Positions 47,301 through 59,745 of a DNA stretch of 64,000 nt are shown here, piece after piece. Within the stretch, counting starts at the first letter, position 1. Every line of letters starts with the position of its first letter. The notes under the pieces are model-generated. The model had not been told where the DNA came from and searched no databases. It saw only the letters and a list, made by a program, of their open reading frames with translations. Made by a program: the position numbers and the translations under genes. Origin of the DNA: TPA_inf: Saccharomyces (lineage: Eukaryota); the NCBI GenBank assembly GCA_000146045.2, contig BK006943.2, forward strand, positions 448,001 to 512,000. Reading direction: 5' to 3'.

Positions 47301-48451
47301 CCCGTAAATTTGTGCTCTAAAGCGGCACTCAGATCTTCGGTTTTATTGTTTATAAGCTGCAGAATGTCGATTAGTAAATGTCTGATTACACCTTGTAAAT
47401 CGTGGACGAGAAAAGAAAGTTTGCCCTTCACATTGTCATAGGGTTGTATTTCGGGGAGGTACAAATATCTTGTATCGTTTAGCATAGTTGCTTTCTTGAC
47501 TTTTTTATGGGAAATGGTCTTTTTAGTCATTGGTTTTGGAGGATCTTGGGAAAGATTATTCAAAGCCAAAACTTCCATTTCCCCAGTCATTGAACCCAGA
47601 ATAACAATGTCTGAGTCAGATATATCAAAGATTTCCGAGTCTTTCACACTGAGAGTTTGCCTAATGATCCAATTGTCTATTATCACGCAGAACTTCTGCG
47701 TGGGGGAAAGAGGCACTTCACCCCATATTTGCACAGTATGGTTTTTCTCCATTTCAAAACAAGACCATATTCTCAGAACTTTATCTTCACACAGCGTATA
47801 AAGAGCATGAGAGGCAGTGTTGTTTTTACTCACCTGGTCTGGCTCTTTTTTCCACCGCATTGCAGTTATAGGTTTCGGATGAGGCAACATAGTAAGGTTA
47901 AAGATGGCTTGTTCTCCGACTATTGAAACACGCTTCCATAGTTTAGCATTACAGTCGTACTTCCCAATACTGACTATCAGCTGCGAATCTTGTGATATAA
48001 TCACATTATAAACAGGTTTAGGCTGTTTTTGGTTCCACTGCAAAATAGGTTGATACACACCAAAATTATCCTTAATTTTCCAAAAAGAAAGAAAATCAGA
48101 TCCAATGGCTAACTCATTATCAGAAGACCATCTTAGGCAGTTTACTGGCGTGTCATCATGGAACAACTGGCAACATTGGGTCCACTTGGGATTCTGCATA
48201 ATTTGATGAATGGGCTTGTAGATGAGCACCCTATTGTGGAAGGAAAGGGCAATGAATCCATTCTGGCTGTTAATATCGACCGCAGTACAGTCTGATTGTG
48301 TATATATGGTCTGTAACCTAGTGAATTTGTTGGTAAGTATGATTAAATTATTCCCTGAACAATATGCAAAGATGGTATGATTTTGCCATGTTGCTTGACA
48401 AGCTGTCTGAGGGGTAGCATTGGGGCGTCCTGGAAGAAAGTTCAATGACAT
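44378..48451 (-). CDS. RAV1: RAVE complex subunit (regulator of V-ATPase assembly), 1357 aa.
   Basis: Full ORF. Its size and position match RAV1 (YJR033C). Confidence 0.8.
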   Translation of the reverse strand: MSLNFLPGRPNATPQTACQATWQNHTIFAYCSGNNLIILTNKFTRLQTIYTQSDCTAVDINSQNGFIALSFHNRVLIYKPIHQIMQNPKWTQCCQLFHDDTPVNCLRWSSDNELAIGSDFLSFWKIKDNFGVYQPILQWNQKQPKPVYNVIISQDSQLIVSIGKYDCNAKLWKRVSIVGEQAIFNLTMLPHPKPITAMRWKKEPDQVSKNNTASHALYTLCEDKVLRIWSCFEMEKNHTVQIWGEVPLSPTQKFCVIIDNWIIRQTLSVKDSEIFDISDSDIVILGSMTGEMEVLALNNLSQDPPKPMTKKTISHKKVKKATMLNDTRYLYLPEIQPYDNVKGKLSFLVHDLQGVIRHLLIDILQLINNKTEDLSAALEHKFTGHNKSVQKLVRSSDGEALLTTSRFSENGVWYPQKLNHGVSLRLQNTIQTESPIKFAVVHELGKQVICLLENGALQAWECPTNRKEDSEQKQSYLRVETRLKEEKKIHPIVMLNTPEPKHSHERHFTALIFSDGSIKAFEVSLTRGIFEVKSDSLDIDGDDIYKISIIDPVHQTFVSNRPLISLITKKGLTRTYKAIVNYNDRHVQWIKACEINTGIMNCTCIRGSSTGKLCIVNSTGKVMSLWDLNRGVLEYEETFHNPIEDIDWTSTEYGQSIVSIGFTGYALLYTQLRYDYTNNTPSYLPIEKIDITAHTAHNIGDSVWMKNGTFVVASGNQFYIKDKSLDLTDPFTYQSIGSRKILSNDILHLSSVLNGPLPVYHPQFLIQAIYANKLQLVKELLLRLFLALRKLDFESQDVSNLDSNLGMDPLKYFIAKDRDYPVESFPDPYPCFNKTVSLALTEQLTKTTLPYLTRHQQITLITVIEAVDEVTKNENIVDYNGVRFLLGVKLFLSHKNIQKSILMRDVSWALHSDNKEILLSSIDRHITSWNRAREYRIAYWIKEQDLVKKFEDIAKYEFSKDDKRDPSRCAIFYLALKKKQILLSLWKMAIGHPEQQKMVRFISNDFTVPRWRTAALKNAFVLLSKHRYMDAAVFFLLTDSLKDCVNVLCKQVHDMDLAIGVCRVYEGDNGPVLGELLTAQMLPETIKENDRWKASFIYWKLRKQEVAIKALLTAPIDLENNSSIVDKEVCVNRSFLVEDPALLYLYNHLRNRNLKYFIGSLNVEAKIECTLILRVTDILCRMGCNYLAVSLVKNWKFIERNSIPVQKLLKSPTKDRAYSAIGAMASEPISTARMRPSLFDKFGSPSASDIESPNPKLPNSLLDDFLQPPPNSTSSNSLAQSSSSAPRSILDEFVSPSYSQHKENLTPKAPNDSVGETDNSENRKDKLSKDILDDLSSQKPQKPKKSAITKNLLDDFV

Positions 48452-48682
48452 GAGAACTACCTTTGCGTGTGCACGTTTGTTTACTTTCTCAATTGTTTGC
48501 GGTGTTCTTAGATCCCTTTAATTATTAAAAAAACTGAAGTGCTTGAAACAATAACATAACGAGGTTTCGCTATGCGGGCAGCTTTAAAGAAAGAGGGATA
48601 GTATATTAAAAGGCTGCCATAACAATTAATCGGAACAGAATAGACACAAATAAATTTGCAGTGCGTTTGTAGATATCAAAGA

Positions 48683-49009
48683 ATGGTAGCTAGTTGTAAA
48701 GATCAGAAGAAGGCTGTCGCTATATGTTTGCAGAGATCGCCCTGTGTCATGATAGAGAGACATAACCCTCAAGAATGTCTTGACAATCCAGAGCTGAATA
48801 AGGATCTGCCCGAACTTTGTATTGCTCAGATGAAAGCATTTTTGGATTGTAAGCGAGGAATCGTCGACATGACTAAGCGGTTCACAGGTAACGCACCTCT
48901 GTCGACTGGCAAGTACGATCAACAGTACGAAAACTTGTGCAAAGGAAAGTTTGATCCGAGGGAGGAGATGGAAAAGCTAAAACTTCTGAACAGCCAGCAG
49001 AAGGACTGA
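48683..49009 (+). CDS. PET191: Mitochondrial intermembrane-space cytochrome c oxidase assembly factor (twin-Cx9C-like), 108 aa.
   Basis: The ORF is open from 48656, but the true start is the Met at residue 10 (MVASCKDQKK…). Cys pairs with 9-10 residue spacing are present, and the product matches PET191 (YJR034W). Confidence 0.75.
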   Translation: MVASCKDQKKAVAICLQRSPCVMIERHNPQECLDNPELNKDLPELCIAQMKAFLDCKRGIVDMTKRFTGNAPLSTGKYDQQYENLCKGKFDPREEMEKLKLLNSQQKD

Positions 49010-49303
49010 TTATTTATGAAAATTGGCCTGTAAATATATACATAAATAAATATATGCGTCAAGCTCTTTTATTCGGTTTGTCCAGTAATCCTCTTACAAT
49101 ATATATATATATATATACGCATGTAGCGTATTCAAGAACATTACATTTAAAAAATAGAGGGTAGAACAATAAAAATGCACTTAACAAGTTCCGTAAGTAG
49201 AAATTATAATCAGTCTAAGTACAAATTTATACCTTAGCTTCATTTCAGTTAAGGGCGATGCAATAAAAGTGGAAGAAAAAAAAAGAAGGGAAGAGGTTTG
49301 ATA

Positions 49304-49326
49304 ATATATATATATATATATATATA
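49304..49326. repeat. (AT)n microsatellite, about 11 units.
   Basis: Alternating AT run just upstream of the RAD26 ATG. Confidence 0.9.
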
Positions 49327-49354
49327 ACATTGCTCAGAGAAACATACATCAGTG

Positions 49355-52300
49355 ATGGAAGATAAAGAGCAGCAAGACAATGCGAAACTTGAAAACAATG
49401 AGTCACTAAAAGATCTGGGAGTTAACGTGCTTTCCCAAAGCAGTTTGGAGGAAAAAATAGCTAATGATGTAACTAACTTTAGCAACCTACAATCGCTGCA
49501 GCAAGAAGAGACTCGTCTAGAACGGAGTAAGACCGCTCTGCAACGTTATGTCAATAAGAAGAATCATCTCACAAGGAAGTTGAACAATACCACTAGGATA
49601 TCTGTTAAGCAGAATCTCCGAGACCAGATCAAGAACTTACAATCAGACGATATTGAACGAGTTCTGAAGGACATAGACGATATCCAATCAAGGATTAAAG
49701 AGTTGAAAGAGCAGGTAGATCAAGGTGCTGAAAATAAAGGTTCCAAAGAGGGGCTGCAGAGACCCGGTGAAACTGAGAAGGAGTTTTTAATCAGGACTGG
49801 TAAGATCACTGCATTTGGACACAAGGCTGGTTTCAGCTTGGACACTGCAAACAGAGAGTATGCCAAGAATGACGAACAAAAAGATGAGGATTTTGAAATG
49901 GCAACAGAACAAATGGTAGAAAATTTAACGGATGAGGATGACAATCTCAGCGATCAAGACTATCAAATGAGTGGTAAAGAGAGTGAAGATGACGAAGAAG
50001 AAGAAAATGACGATAAAATTCTCAAAGAACTGGAAGACCTGCGGTTCAGAGGCCAACCTGGTGAGGCGAAGGATGATGGGGACGAGTTGTATTATCAAGA
50101 AAGGTTAAAAAAATGGGTGAAACAACGTTCTTGCGGTAGTCAAAGGTCATCGGACTTGCCAGAATGGCGAAGACCTCATCCGAATATTCCCGACGCAAAA
50201 CTTAATAGCCAGTTCAAAATACCCGGTGAAATATACTCGCTGTTATTTAATTACCAAAAGACGTGCGTTCAGTGGCTCTATGAGCTTTACCAGCAGAACT
50301 GTGGCGGTATTATTGGTGACGAAATGGGTCTGGGAAAAACGATTCAAGTTATCGCATTTATCGCAGCGTTGCATCATTCAGGTCTATTAACAGGCCCTGT
50401 ATTAATTGTCTGTCCTGCAACTGTGATGAAGCAATGGTGTAATGAGTTCCAGCATTGGTGGCCTCCATTGAGGACGGTCATATTGCACTCAATGGGTTCA
50501 GGAATGGCTTCTGACCAAAAATTTAAGATGGATGAAAACGATCTAGAGAACTTGATAATGAATTCAAAGCCAAGTGATTTTTCTTACGAGGATTGGAAGA
50601 ACTCAACAAGGACAAAGAAGGCATTGGAATCAAGCTATCATTTAGATAAGTTGATAGATAAAGTCGTTACTGATGGGCACATTTTAATTACCACGTACGT
50701 TGGGTTAAGAATACATTCAGATAAGCTACTAAAAGTTAAATGGCAGTATGCTGTTTTAGATGAGGGACATAAGATTAGAAACCCAGATTCGGAGATTTCA
50801 TTGACTTGCAAAAAACTGAAGACACATAATAGGATCATTCTTTCAGGAACACCGATACAGAATAATTTAACCGAGCTTTGGTCGCTTTTTGATTTCATTT
50901 TCCCTGGTAAATTAGGAACTCTACCTGTGTTTCAACAACAGTTTGTCATACCTATAAATATTGGTGGTTATGCAAACGCAACAAACATACAAGTTCAGAC
51001 CGGCTACAAATGTGCTGTTGCATTGCGTGACTTGATTTCACCGTACCTGTTACGTCGTGTGAAAGCTGATGTTGCAAAAGATCTGCCACAAAAGAAAGAA
51101 ATGGTTCTCTTTTGTAAGCTTACGAAATATCAAAGAAGCAAATATTTGGAGTTTCTGCATTCTTCAGATTTAAACCAAATACAAAACGGTAAGAGAAATG
51201 TTCTATTTGGTATCGACATTCTAAGGAAAATATGTAATCACCCCGATTTACTTGACAGAGATACAAAGAGACATAATCCAGATTACGGTGATCCTAAAAG
51301 ATCCGGAAAAATGCAGGTTGTCAAGCAATTATTATTACTGTGGCATAAGCAGGGCTATAAAGCCCTACTCTTCACTCAATCGAGACAAATGCTCGATATT
51401 CTAGAGGAGTTTATATCAACGAAAGATCCCGATTTATCACATTTGAACTACCTACGAATGGATGGGACAACTAATATCAAAGGGAGACAGTCGTTAGTTG
51501 ACCGGTTTAACAATGAATCTTTCGATGTATTCTTACTAACCACAAGAGTTGGGGGGCTAGGTGTTAATTTAACCGGTGCTAATAGAATTATCATTTTTGA
51601 TCCAGACTGGAACCCATCTACTGACATGCAAGCTCGAGAAAGGGCATGGAGGATTGGGCAGAAAAGAGAGGTATCAATATATAGGTTGATGGTAGGAGGT
51701 TCAATAGAGGAGAAGATTTATCATAGACAAATATTCAAACAATTCTTAACCAACAGGATTTTGACTGATCCTAAGCAGAAACGATTTTTCAAAATTCACG
51801 AACTCCATGATCTGTTTTCACTGGGGGGTGAAAACGGTTATTCTACAGAAGAATTGAACGAAGAAGTTCAAAAACATACCGAAAATTTAAAAAATTCCAA
51901 ATCAGAGGAAAGTGACGATTTTGAACAACTGGTCAACCTATCTGGCGTATCTAAACTAGAAAGCTTTTATAACGGTAAGGAAAAAAAAGAGAATAGTAAA
52001 ACAGAGGATGATAGATTAATCGAAGGGTTGCTAGGAGGAGAGAGCAATTTAGAAACCGTTATGAGTCATGATTCGGTTGTCAATTCGCACGCGGGCAGTT
52101 CTTCTTCGAATATAATTACAAAAGAGGCTTCCAGAGTAGCGATTGAGGCGGTTAATGCGCTAAGGAAATCGAGAAAAAAGATCACTAAGCAATATGAAAT
52201 TGGGACACCTACTTGGACAGGTAGGTTTGGTAAAGCAGGTAAAATTAGAAAGAGAGATCCGTTGAAAAATAAATTAACTGGATCAGCTGCCATTTTAGGC

Positions 52301-52612
52301 AATATTACAAAATCACAAAAAGAGGCATCCAAGGAAGCTCGCCAAGAAAATTACGACGATGGTATAACCTTCGCAAGATCCAAGGAAATCAATTCCAATA
52401 CCAAAACGCTAGAAAATATTCGGGCATATTTACAGAAACAGAATAACTTTTTCTCATCTAGTGTTAGCATACTTAACAGCATTGGCGTCAGTCTTTCTGA
52501 TAAAGAAGACGTTATTAAGGTTAGAGCATTATTAAAAACCATAGCACAGTTTGATAAAGAGCGTAAAGGGTGGGTGCTTGATGAAGAATTTAGGAATAAC
52601 AATGCTTCATGA
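49355..52612 (+). CDS. RAD26: SNF2-family DNA-dependent ATPase (CSB homologue) of transcription-coupled repair, 1085 aa.
   Basis: The ORF begins with MM at 49352, and I take the second Met to give the 1085-aa length. SNF2 helicase motifs (DEMGLGKT, DEGHKIRN) are present. Confidence 0.85.
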   Translation: MEDKEQQDNAKLENNESLKDLGVNVLSQSSLEEKIANDVTNFSNLQSLQQEETRLERSKTALQRYVNKKNHLTRKLNNTTRISVKQNLRDQIKNLQSDDIERVLKDIDDIQSRIKELKEQVDQGAENKGSKEGLQRPGETEKEFLIRTGKITAFGHKAGFSLDTANREYAKNDEQKDEDFEMATEQMVENLTDEDDNLSDQDYQMSGKESEDDEEEENDDKILKELEDLRFRGQPGEAKDDGDELYYQERLKKWVKQRSCGSQRSSDLPEWRRPHPNIPDAKLNSQFKIPGEIYSLLFNYQKTCVQWLYELYQQNCGGIIGDEMGLGKTIQVIAFIAALHHSGLLTGPVLIVCPATVMKQWCNEFQHWWPPLRTVILHSMGSGMASDQKFKMDENDLENLIMNSKPSDFSYEDWKNSTRTKKALESSYHLDKLIDKVVTDGHILITTYVGLRIHSDKLLKVKWQYAVLDEGHKIRNPDSEISLTCKKLKTHNRIILSGTPIQNNLTELWSLFDFIFPGKLGTLPVFQQQFVIPINIGGYANATNIQVQTGYKCAVALRDLISPYLLRRVKADVAKDLPQKKEMVLFCKLTKYQRSKYLEFLHSSDLNQIQNGKRNVLFGIDILRKICNHPDLLDRDTKRHNPDYGDPKRSGKMQVVKQLLLLWHKQGYKALLFTQSRQMLDILEEFISTKDPDLSHLNYLRMDGTTNIKGRQSLVDRFNNESFDVFLLTTRVGGLGVNLTGANRIIIFDPDWNPSTDMQARERAWRIGQKREVSIYRLMVGGSIEEKIYHRQIFKQFLTNRILTDPKQKRFFKIHELHDLFSLGGENGYSTEELNEEVQKHTENLKNSKSEESDDFEQLVNLSGVSKLESFYNGKEKKENSKTEDDRLIEGLLGGESNLETVMSHDSVVNSHAGSSSSNIITKEASRVAIEAVNALRKSRKKITKQYEIGTPTWTGRFGKAGKIRKRDPLKNKLTGSAAILGNITKSQKEASKEARQENYDDGITFARSKEINSNTKTLENIRAYLQKQNNFFSSSVSILNSIGVSLSDKEDVIKVRALLKTIAQFDKERKGWVLDEEFRNNNAS

Positions 52613-52712
52613 AAACTTAGAATGGACAGAGTACCCTTGACGTAACTTTACCCATAGAAATATCTATAAAAAATATGTATGTGTTATGTGTATATGTATA
52701 TTCTGAAGACTC

Positions 52713-55391
52713 TTAGCGGAACCCGTAACCTTCAGATTCATTAATTGCCCAAAGTAATTTCAGTTCTAGTTTTTTTTTCGAGGAATAATTCCATAAACAT
52801 ATTTCATTAAAACATGTATGAGCCAATGGCAAATCATCACTATCATGCGACCCTAGCAAGCTAATTTTGAATGGGATAGTAGAGATACCCGTTGCAGGTA
52901 TACGATCAGATGCCGTTACGAATTGTAATAATTTCTTCTGCAATGGATAGTCCCAACTTTCAATAATTTCCCAAAACCAGCAAACCGCTCTGGAATCATC
53001 GGAGAAGCCACCTACATACTTTGTCACGGATCTTAACGATTTGAAATCAAATTTAGTTTGTTCCTCATCACCACACACTAATCTCTCCAGCTCTTCAGAA
53101 TTAAATAATTTTATAGAATTGCATTCTGCGAAGACCCTTTTAAAACCTGAAACAAATTTATTGTATTGTGGCTCAATGGACTTTTCCAGATAAAATTCTA
53201 CCCATTTCATGACAAACTCATGCTTGTTACTTTGGGTTATTGGCACATTTCTGCCATTTTCACATAATTCTACCGTTACATACTCTTTGCTCGATTTACT
53301 GTCATTTAAAATCCAGTTGTTATTTCGATACGTAGTCTCAAATGTTAAAGAAAAGACGTCTTCGAAATTATCCTCTGTGTAATTGAGCATTTTTATTAAG
53401 TTCCTACTTGTCTCCGGAAACAATTCCGAGTAATCTTCAAAACTCAGAGGCTCTGAGCATAGTTTTTTATAAAGCGCCTTTGGAAATTGTAAATCTAATA
53501 TGGTACTGTTGAAAATCGCCAACCCCATGACAACTCCAAACAAGTAATATAATTCCAGTTGTGAGTTTTTTCCTTTTGATTTGTCAAAATTTGGAGGGTC
53601 AATGGCAAACCATGAACGTGAGCTTTCTTTTATGTAAATAAATAAGCCATTCATCGGATTAAACAGCGATTTTGTTAATAAGAAAAACCATTCTTTTCTC
53701 AACCCTCCCGCATCAATTCCAGGTTCATTAACAAACTCTATTCTCAGCGATTTTAATAAATCGCCTTGATGTTCCTTGATACATCTCAATGAATCATGAG
53801 AAATAACGTCACGCCGTACTTTGATTTTGAAATAAACGTCTACGGATTTGCCTTTATCCAGTGAAATTAAAAAAGCCTGTTCAGCTTCATGTTCCATGAT
53901 TCTGCGAATTTCATACTCCATAATAGAGATTTTGATGCCGAGTGACAATATAAATGGATACTTACAGAATGAAAAACATTTTTTTGTCGTCGAATTTCCC
54001 CACTCTTCAATCAGTTGATTCATTTTTGTCTTTTGAGCTACTCCTCTCCAATGATCGAAATCTTGTTTATAATCTATGAAGTCTAGCGTTATATTGTAAA
54101 AGCTTTGAATTGACAACGCTCCACGGCCATTTCTTCTAGTATTGGCTACATAATAGATGAACGTCAATTTTGCTGCAGAGTGAATATGCCAGTCTTCCTC
54201 ATATTGAAAAAATTTAAATTTCATCTTATTATTGACGGGATGCGTGAAACCACTTCCCTGTTTATCATTTGATTGTGCACTTATTGGTCTAGTACTCAGG
54301 AATTCATGGCCAGTAGTGTGATGCCGACGAAGACGAGATCGCATCTCATCTTCAGGCTTCACGTTATTTTTTGCGGTTCTATTTGATAATTCGTTCGACA
54401 GTAATCTGGAAAATTGGAAATTGATGTATAAATTTAAAATCTCTACCTGGTATGAAAAATTATCCGTAGGCGTTCGCCGTAATGATTGAATCAATTGTTG
54501 AGATGTTTTTGTTGATAGGTTAGACAAGTAGCCAATACATCGTTTGGCCAACTCATAAGACACCGCCCTTATTTGTTGGGTCTCAAACACATTTTTGCTC
54601 TTCCGATCTCTAATAAGGCAGGTTCGTATTGTAGGTATATTTAATATAATCAGCAACCAACGATACTGTAATATTTGCAAATTTTCCCCTTTATTGATTG
54701 TTATTCTCTTCAGTAGATCGTTACAGCAACACAGCATACTATAATACGGTTTCCTTGTAGGAAGATTTGATAATATACTGTAAAATCTTTGTAAAACTTC
54801 ATAATTCAGCATCTTTATATTCTTTCCACCATCATGTACCAAGAACGACCTGTTTAAAATGCTAACATCATGAAATCTGTCCAGTAAATACGTTATTACC
54901 GGTTGGAAAATCAACCCCTTTCTTTCTTTATCCAGAATCCCAGTCTTCTTAAGCCGCTGCAAATCATCATGGCACCGCCTTACTACCATCTGCAAACCCT
55001 CTAATGTGCACGAAATATGCGTACTAGATTCCAAATTACTGTTAATTTCCGGCTCCTTTACAATAACTGTTACTTGGCATGCGCTGCATCGAAATTTCGT
55101 TATGGAGGCTGGAAACCGTAGTGGGACACCACAACATAGGCAATTAAGTGAAATTAGACAGGATTTATCTTCTTCCCCTGACACGGATGCCGAAGAGTTC
55201 CGCTTATTGCTTTTGCTATTTGAGCAACTTCCGTCCTTTACACTAGCGGCTAAGGACCGTTCCGACGTGCGCCTTCCTGATTTGGGTAACCTGTTCTTAG
55301 TATGGGCTACAGAATGTGATAGCAACTCCTTCGACACAGATCCATCTCTACCGTCTTTTTTTGCATTAAGCTTATCAAATAAAGAAACCAT
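52713..55391 (-). CDS. HUL4: HECT-domain E3 ubiquitin ligase, 892 aa.
   Basis: A C-terminal HECT domain is present with the catalytic Cys near the end (…[14 protein letters not shown]…). The product matches HUL4 (YJR036C). Confidence 0.85.
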
Positions 55392-55935
55392 TTCCTATTT
55401 TACTTTACCTATCAGCCGCAGTATTCGAGAGATATACCTGGTAAATTTCACCAATGCCCTTAAAAATATGTACTTTTCTGCTTAAAGTCGAGAAATGCAT
55501 GCAAAAACTTGCCCCTATCTAGCAATCCTTCGAATATATTTATCTATCTACCTGTTCCACATGGGCGGTTATACCTGACTCTTCAAAAAATCCTGTAACC
55601 TCCATTTTTTTCCTTTATTTGGGGCAATCACAAAAAAAGGGTCCCAGAAAGATATGACCCTACTCCCTTTTTGCCTTATTTAAAAGTGCTAGGAGATACA
55701 AGGTTAAAGCTAGACCTCGGTTAACGATGGGTCTTGACACGTAGGCGTTGCTCTCCTCTCCATAATCATAGTAAGTTGAGACAATCGTATACCTCCAAAG
55801 GAAGCACTTGTTGGCTTGACAAGAGACTCATGATAGACAGGAACGAGAGTCAGGGTAATTGGATAGTGGAAAGATGAAAGCAAGAGAAACGATGCAAAGA
55901 GGAGGCTGCCCAGGGCTTGGCGTATCCAATTTCTC

Positions 55936-58900
55936 ATGCCAGCAGGGAGGATTCGTATAGCGATGACTGACAACATTATAGTAAGTGAGGTTGATGGTCC
56001 CCCGGATGTAGTTAAATGTTTTATTAGGGAAGAAGATGGACTCGAAGGACAGAGCCGAGAATTGGTGGTCATAGGACTAGAATATATAGATGTGTTTGAA
56101 GGGGTAGAACAAGATGAAGCGCGCAAGAAGTTAAGACTTAGGACTGTCGGATATACAATGGCAGCCTTTTATTTCAAAGATCATACTGCACCTAACCGAA
56201 GATTTTATATTCTGTTGAAAGCCACGGGACGGTTGGACTTCGTCAACCTTGATTACAAAATAGTGAAATCTCTGGAAACAGGAATTGATCAGGTAAGATC
56301 AGAGCCAAAGTTCATGTTCCAAGATCCACTACGAACAGCTCTGGTTTTTAATTTGTCATGCACTGAAATTTACGAGATTTCTACTGAGGACATTTTTTGT
56401 TTGGAAGAAACAGACGTTAAGCTGAGTTATGTGACATCCTCACCGATAGTATCCATAGATGCGTGTATCAATTTCAATGATTTCTTAGATAAGGATGTCT
56501 TTACGTTGTCGATTCTCACACGTGCACACAATGAGGTTGCATATAAGTTGGAAGCATGCGTGTGTGTATTCGAGTCTAAACCAGCCAAAGGAACGAAGTG
56601 GCAAAGAACTACCAATTTAACATTTGTGGAGGAAGCAACGGTCTCACAAGTACTTCTCAAATCGGTCACCAATATTGGTCATTTTGTTTTTACGCCATGG
56701 AAAACTTATTTTATTAAACATGCATTGTCATCGAAACAGACCATTGATGGTAAAACGGTAGACAAAATATACCAAGGGCCTGGTGCCTTTGGGTCTGATA
56801 ACATGGAAAGAATCGAACTTTTGCAGCCTATTTTAGCGGATACCACATTAAATCATTTAACATTTACATTTATGACGAGTACTGCAATTCTAATAACATG
56901 CAGAATGAATGCAATCCTTAGCAGTTTTGAAGACGATACGTATATCTGGGAAAAGGCCTTGTTTGAGAGGCTTCCCATCAATGGTGGTTCCTCACATGAT
57001 CACTACCTTGCAGCGTTTTTCAATGAGAAGTGTTGGATACTGGTATCCCCAAAGGGCCATCTTACAGTATATTCAGTCAGAAATGAAGGGCATAGTAATT
57101 TTGTTCATCTTGGTTCTTTTCTTTGCAAATCAACCTTATATTCCGATTTGATAGGGAACTACACCAAGTCACATTTATCTTGTGGATCATTACACTGTGG
57201 GCAGGGATACTTGTGCTTGAAATTTCGATCGTGTGGGGACATTTTCGCGTCCACTTGCATGAAGCTACTTTTCAAAAGTAAAGACAGTGTTCCTCGACAA
57301 GTTTACTCTACAAGAAAAGGTATCTATTGGGCAGATGTGAATAATAATGTTTACAGAGATAGTGAGCGAATAGACTTTGAAATAAATGGCAGTTTCATTG
57401 CTACTAAAGATGGAACTCTATTGAAAGATAACACTATCGTTACTTTGGTCCCAATTCAAAGAGATAATGAGTGTAATTACGCATACGTCACAAAACAAGG
57501 TTATCTGAGGTGGAGTTTTTCAAAGGTTTATTACCGGATTCAAAACACGGGAGTTGATTTGACTATAGATAATTGCTTTTTATCTGCTATATCTAGCAAG
57601 GGCTCTTTTTTGACTGTACTTGTTCTGAATGATGAAATAACGGTATTTGATCATTGCAACCGTTTGAAAAGCCAGAAAGTAGTTTTCCATAGACTTTCTG
57701 ACTTAGCGTCCATTTTCCTATATGAATACGAAAGCACGGTCTACATTTTCATGTCTGACACCGAAGGAAACCTTTGCGTTATGAAATTGGCAACTTTTGA
57801 GATCGTAGAAGAGGTTAAAATTTGCAAGAAGAAGTTACAGTTCTGTGAAGTCCCTAACTCAGATTATTTTTTTATATATACAGCCGATACTATAATTTTT
57901 TTCAAGCCAAGTAAAATAAAAGGTAGATTTAAAATCCAAGAAGTATATGCACCATGTCCTATAAGCTGTTTGATACCTGGAGAAAAAGATGGCTCAGTTG
58001 TTATGGTTACTTCTCAAGGTCAATTTTACGACGTACTTGTTCCTGGTGATGCCGGAAGGGCTACTCTTTGTTCTAAGTTTGAAAAAGTTTTAAAAACATG
58101 TCTCAAATTTATAACTTTGGAATCTTCATCAAGATATGTGATTGTAGCGGCCCTGCCAGTAGCAAATCCATTGCAGGACAAGTATTCCGAAATTTATGTG
58201 TATGATATTAAACAGTTCAAAAACATTTCCGCATTCAATTTTTCTAACCTCAACAATGATATCGAGAGTATAAAATATGAAAACGCTATGATATCAGATA
58301 TTATTGCCGTACCCATGCTCAAAAGAACCGAAACATTAGGAAAAAGAAAGACTTCTGAGCTGTATAAGGAAGTGATTTTCAATTCATGTATCTTGGTGTC
58401 TCTAAATTTAGACTCAATAGACGGTATTGATAGTAAAAATATGAATAACCTATTATTGTTTTCATTTGATGAGGAATCGGGTTTTATTGAATTTGTTTTT
58501 GGGATTAACACGGGGTTCTCAATCAGTGGGTTACATAACTATTACAATGGATGTGTTTTGGTTTATGGGGAGTTTGTGCAAGCTTATCAACTGAACTATT
58601 CAGTTCATGATAACAAGTTCAGTATTGAACAGGTTTCAAATAGGTTGAATATTTCTGGTATTACAATAACATCATCTATATTTTTTGATAAAAGGAAGGC
58701 AAAGATGGCTAGGAAGCAGCAAAATATAGGTACATGGGTTTATTTGGAAGAAATGATTTTACTTGATGTACGGAAAGGTGTGATGAGGTTCAATGTCATC
58801 CATACAACAGACGGTAACATAGAAAAGGTTCAATTGCAGGTACAGCCTCTGAATTTATTTGAGAGGGACCTCATCAATAGCATTACCGACACCGGGAAAA

Positions 58901-59301
58901 TGTTTACCGGTGCAGCCGCTATAACTTTCAAGAATATTAGGTATCTACTAATTTCGTACGGTGATCAAAAGCTCACGTTATTTAGTTTAAAACTTGATGG
59001 TGAGGAAGAAATAGACGAAAGAGTGTACCATGTTGCTGAGCAAGTTACAACCATCAACTCTGTAAGAACTACTGATTCCAGAATGAGCACGTTTTTAGGC
59101 GAATCTACATTTATGCCCTTATTCTTAGTAAGTACCTTGTCTAACGGTTGTTATGTGATCGGAATCCTGCATGAAGAGTCAGATATCTCATTACATATCT
59201 TATCAGAAAAGAAAGCTGTCTTCGCAAAGCGGTCGGTTCAAAAGTTCCTGGGCTTCCTCGATCCTCAAATGGATGATCACACTGTAATATCTGAAATTTA
59301 G
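55936..59301 (+). CDS. Uncharacterised 1121-aa protein (YJR039W).
   Basis: Long clean ORF. Its position and length match YJR039W. Confidence 0.75.
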
Positions 59302-59540
59302 TGTCTACGTTATGATATATACACTTACAAATTTACTTTCCTTTTTTAGTATAGTTTTCAAGTAAAATTCTTGAAGCGGTGTTGTTTTTGTTTGTTCTTC
59401 GTTTAGCAAAAGTCATTGTTAAATACACGCTATAATATGGCCATGACCGTAGGACCGAATGCTGTCCGAAAAATGATACTTATCACACATTTCAAATAAG
59501 ATCGGTTTTGTAGTTCAAAGATTTCTTAAGAGCCTTTTAC

Positions 59541-59558
59541 GTGTTTCTTAAGAAACAC
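59541..59558. promoter_or_regulatory. 18-bp perfect palindrome GTGTTTCTTAAGAAACAC in the GEF1 upstream region. Its function is unknown.
   Basis: The sequence is its own reverse complement. TTTCTTAAGA is repeated directly 20 bp upstream, and the palindrome lies about 190 bp upstream of the GEF1 ATG. Confidence 0.3.
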
Positions 59559-59745
59559 TTCACATTGGCTATCATTATTAGTAAATAGATTTATATGATT
59601 TTCACTTATTAAGGACAGAAATGTCGCGATTTCGAACCCATAAAAAAAGGAAAAGCACCGCCTGTTCTCCAGTCTTCATAAAAGCACACCGTATAGAAAG
59701 GGCGGTGAATGTTGATCTTGCATACTATAAAATTATTTGACACTA

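Noticed and set aside
55006-56126. ORFs of 159 aa (plus strand) and 138 aa (minus strand) overlapping the HUL4 5' end and the YJR039W 5' end.
   Set aside because: They overlap longer conserved-looking genes on the other strand, and they are short and of low complexity. I treat them as dubious (YJR037W/YJR038C-type).
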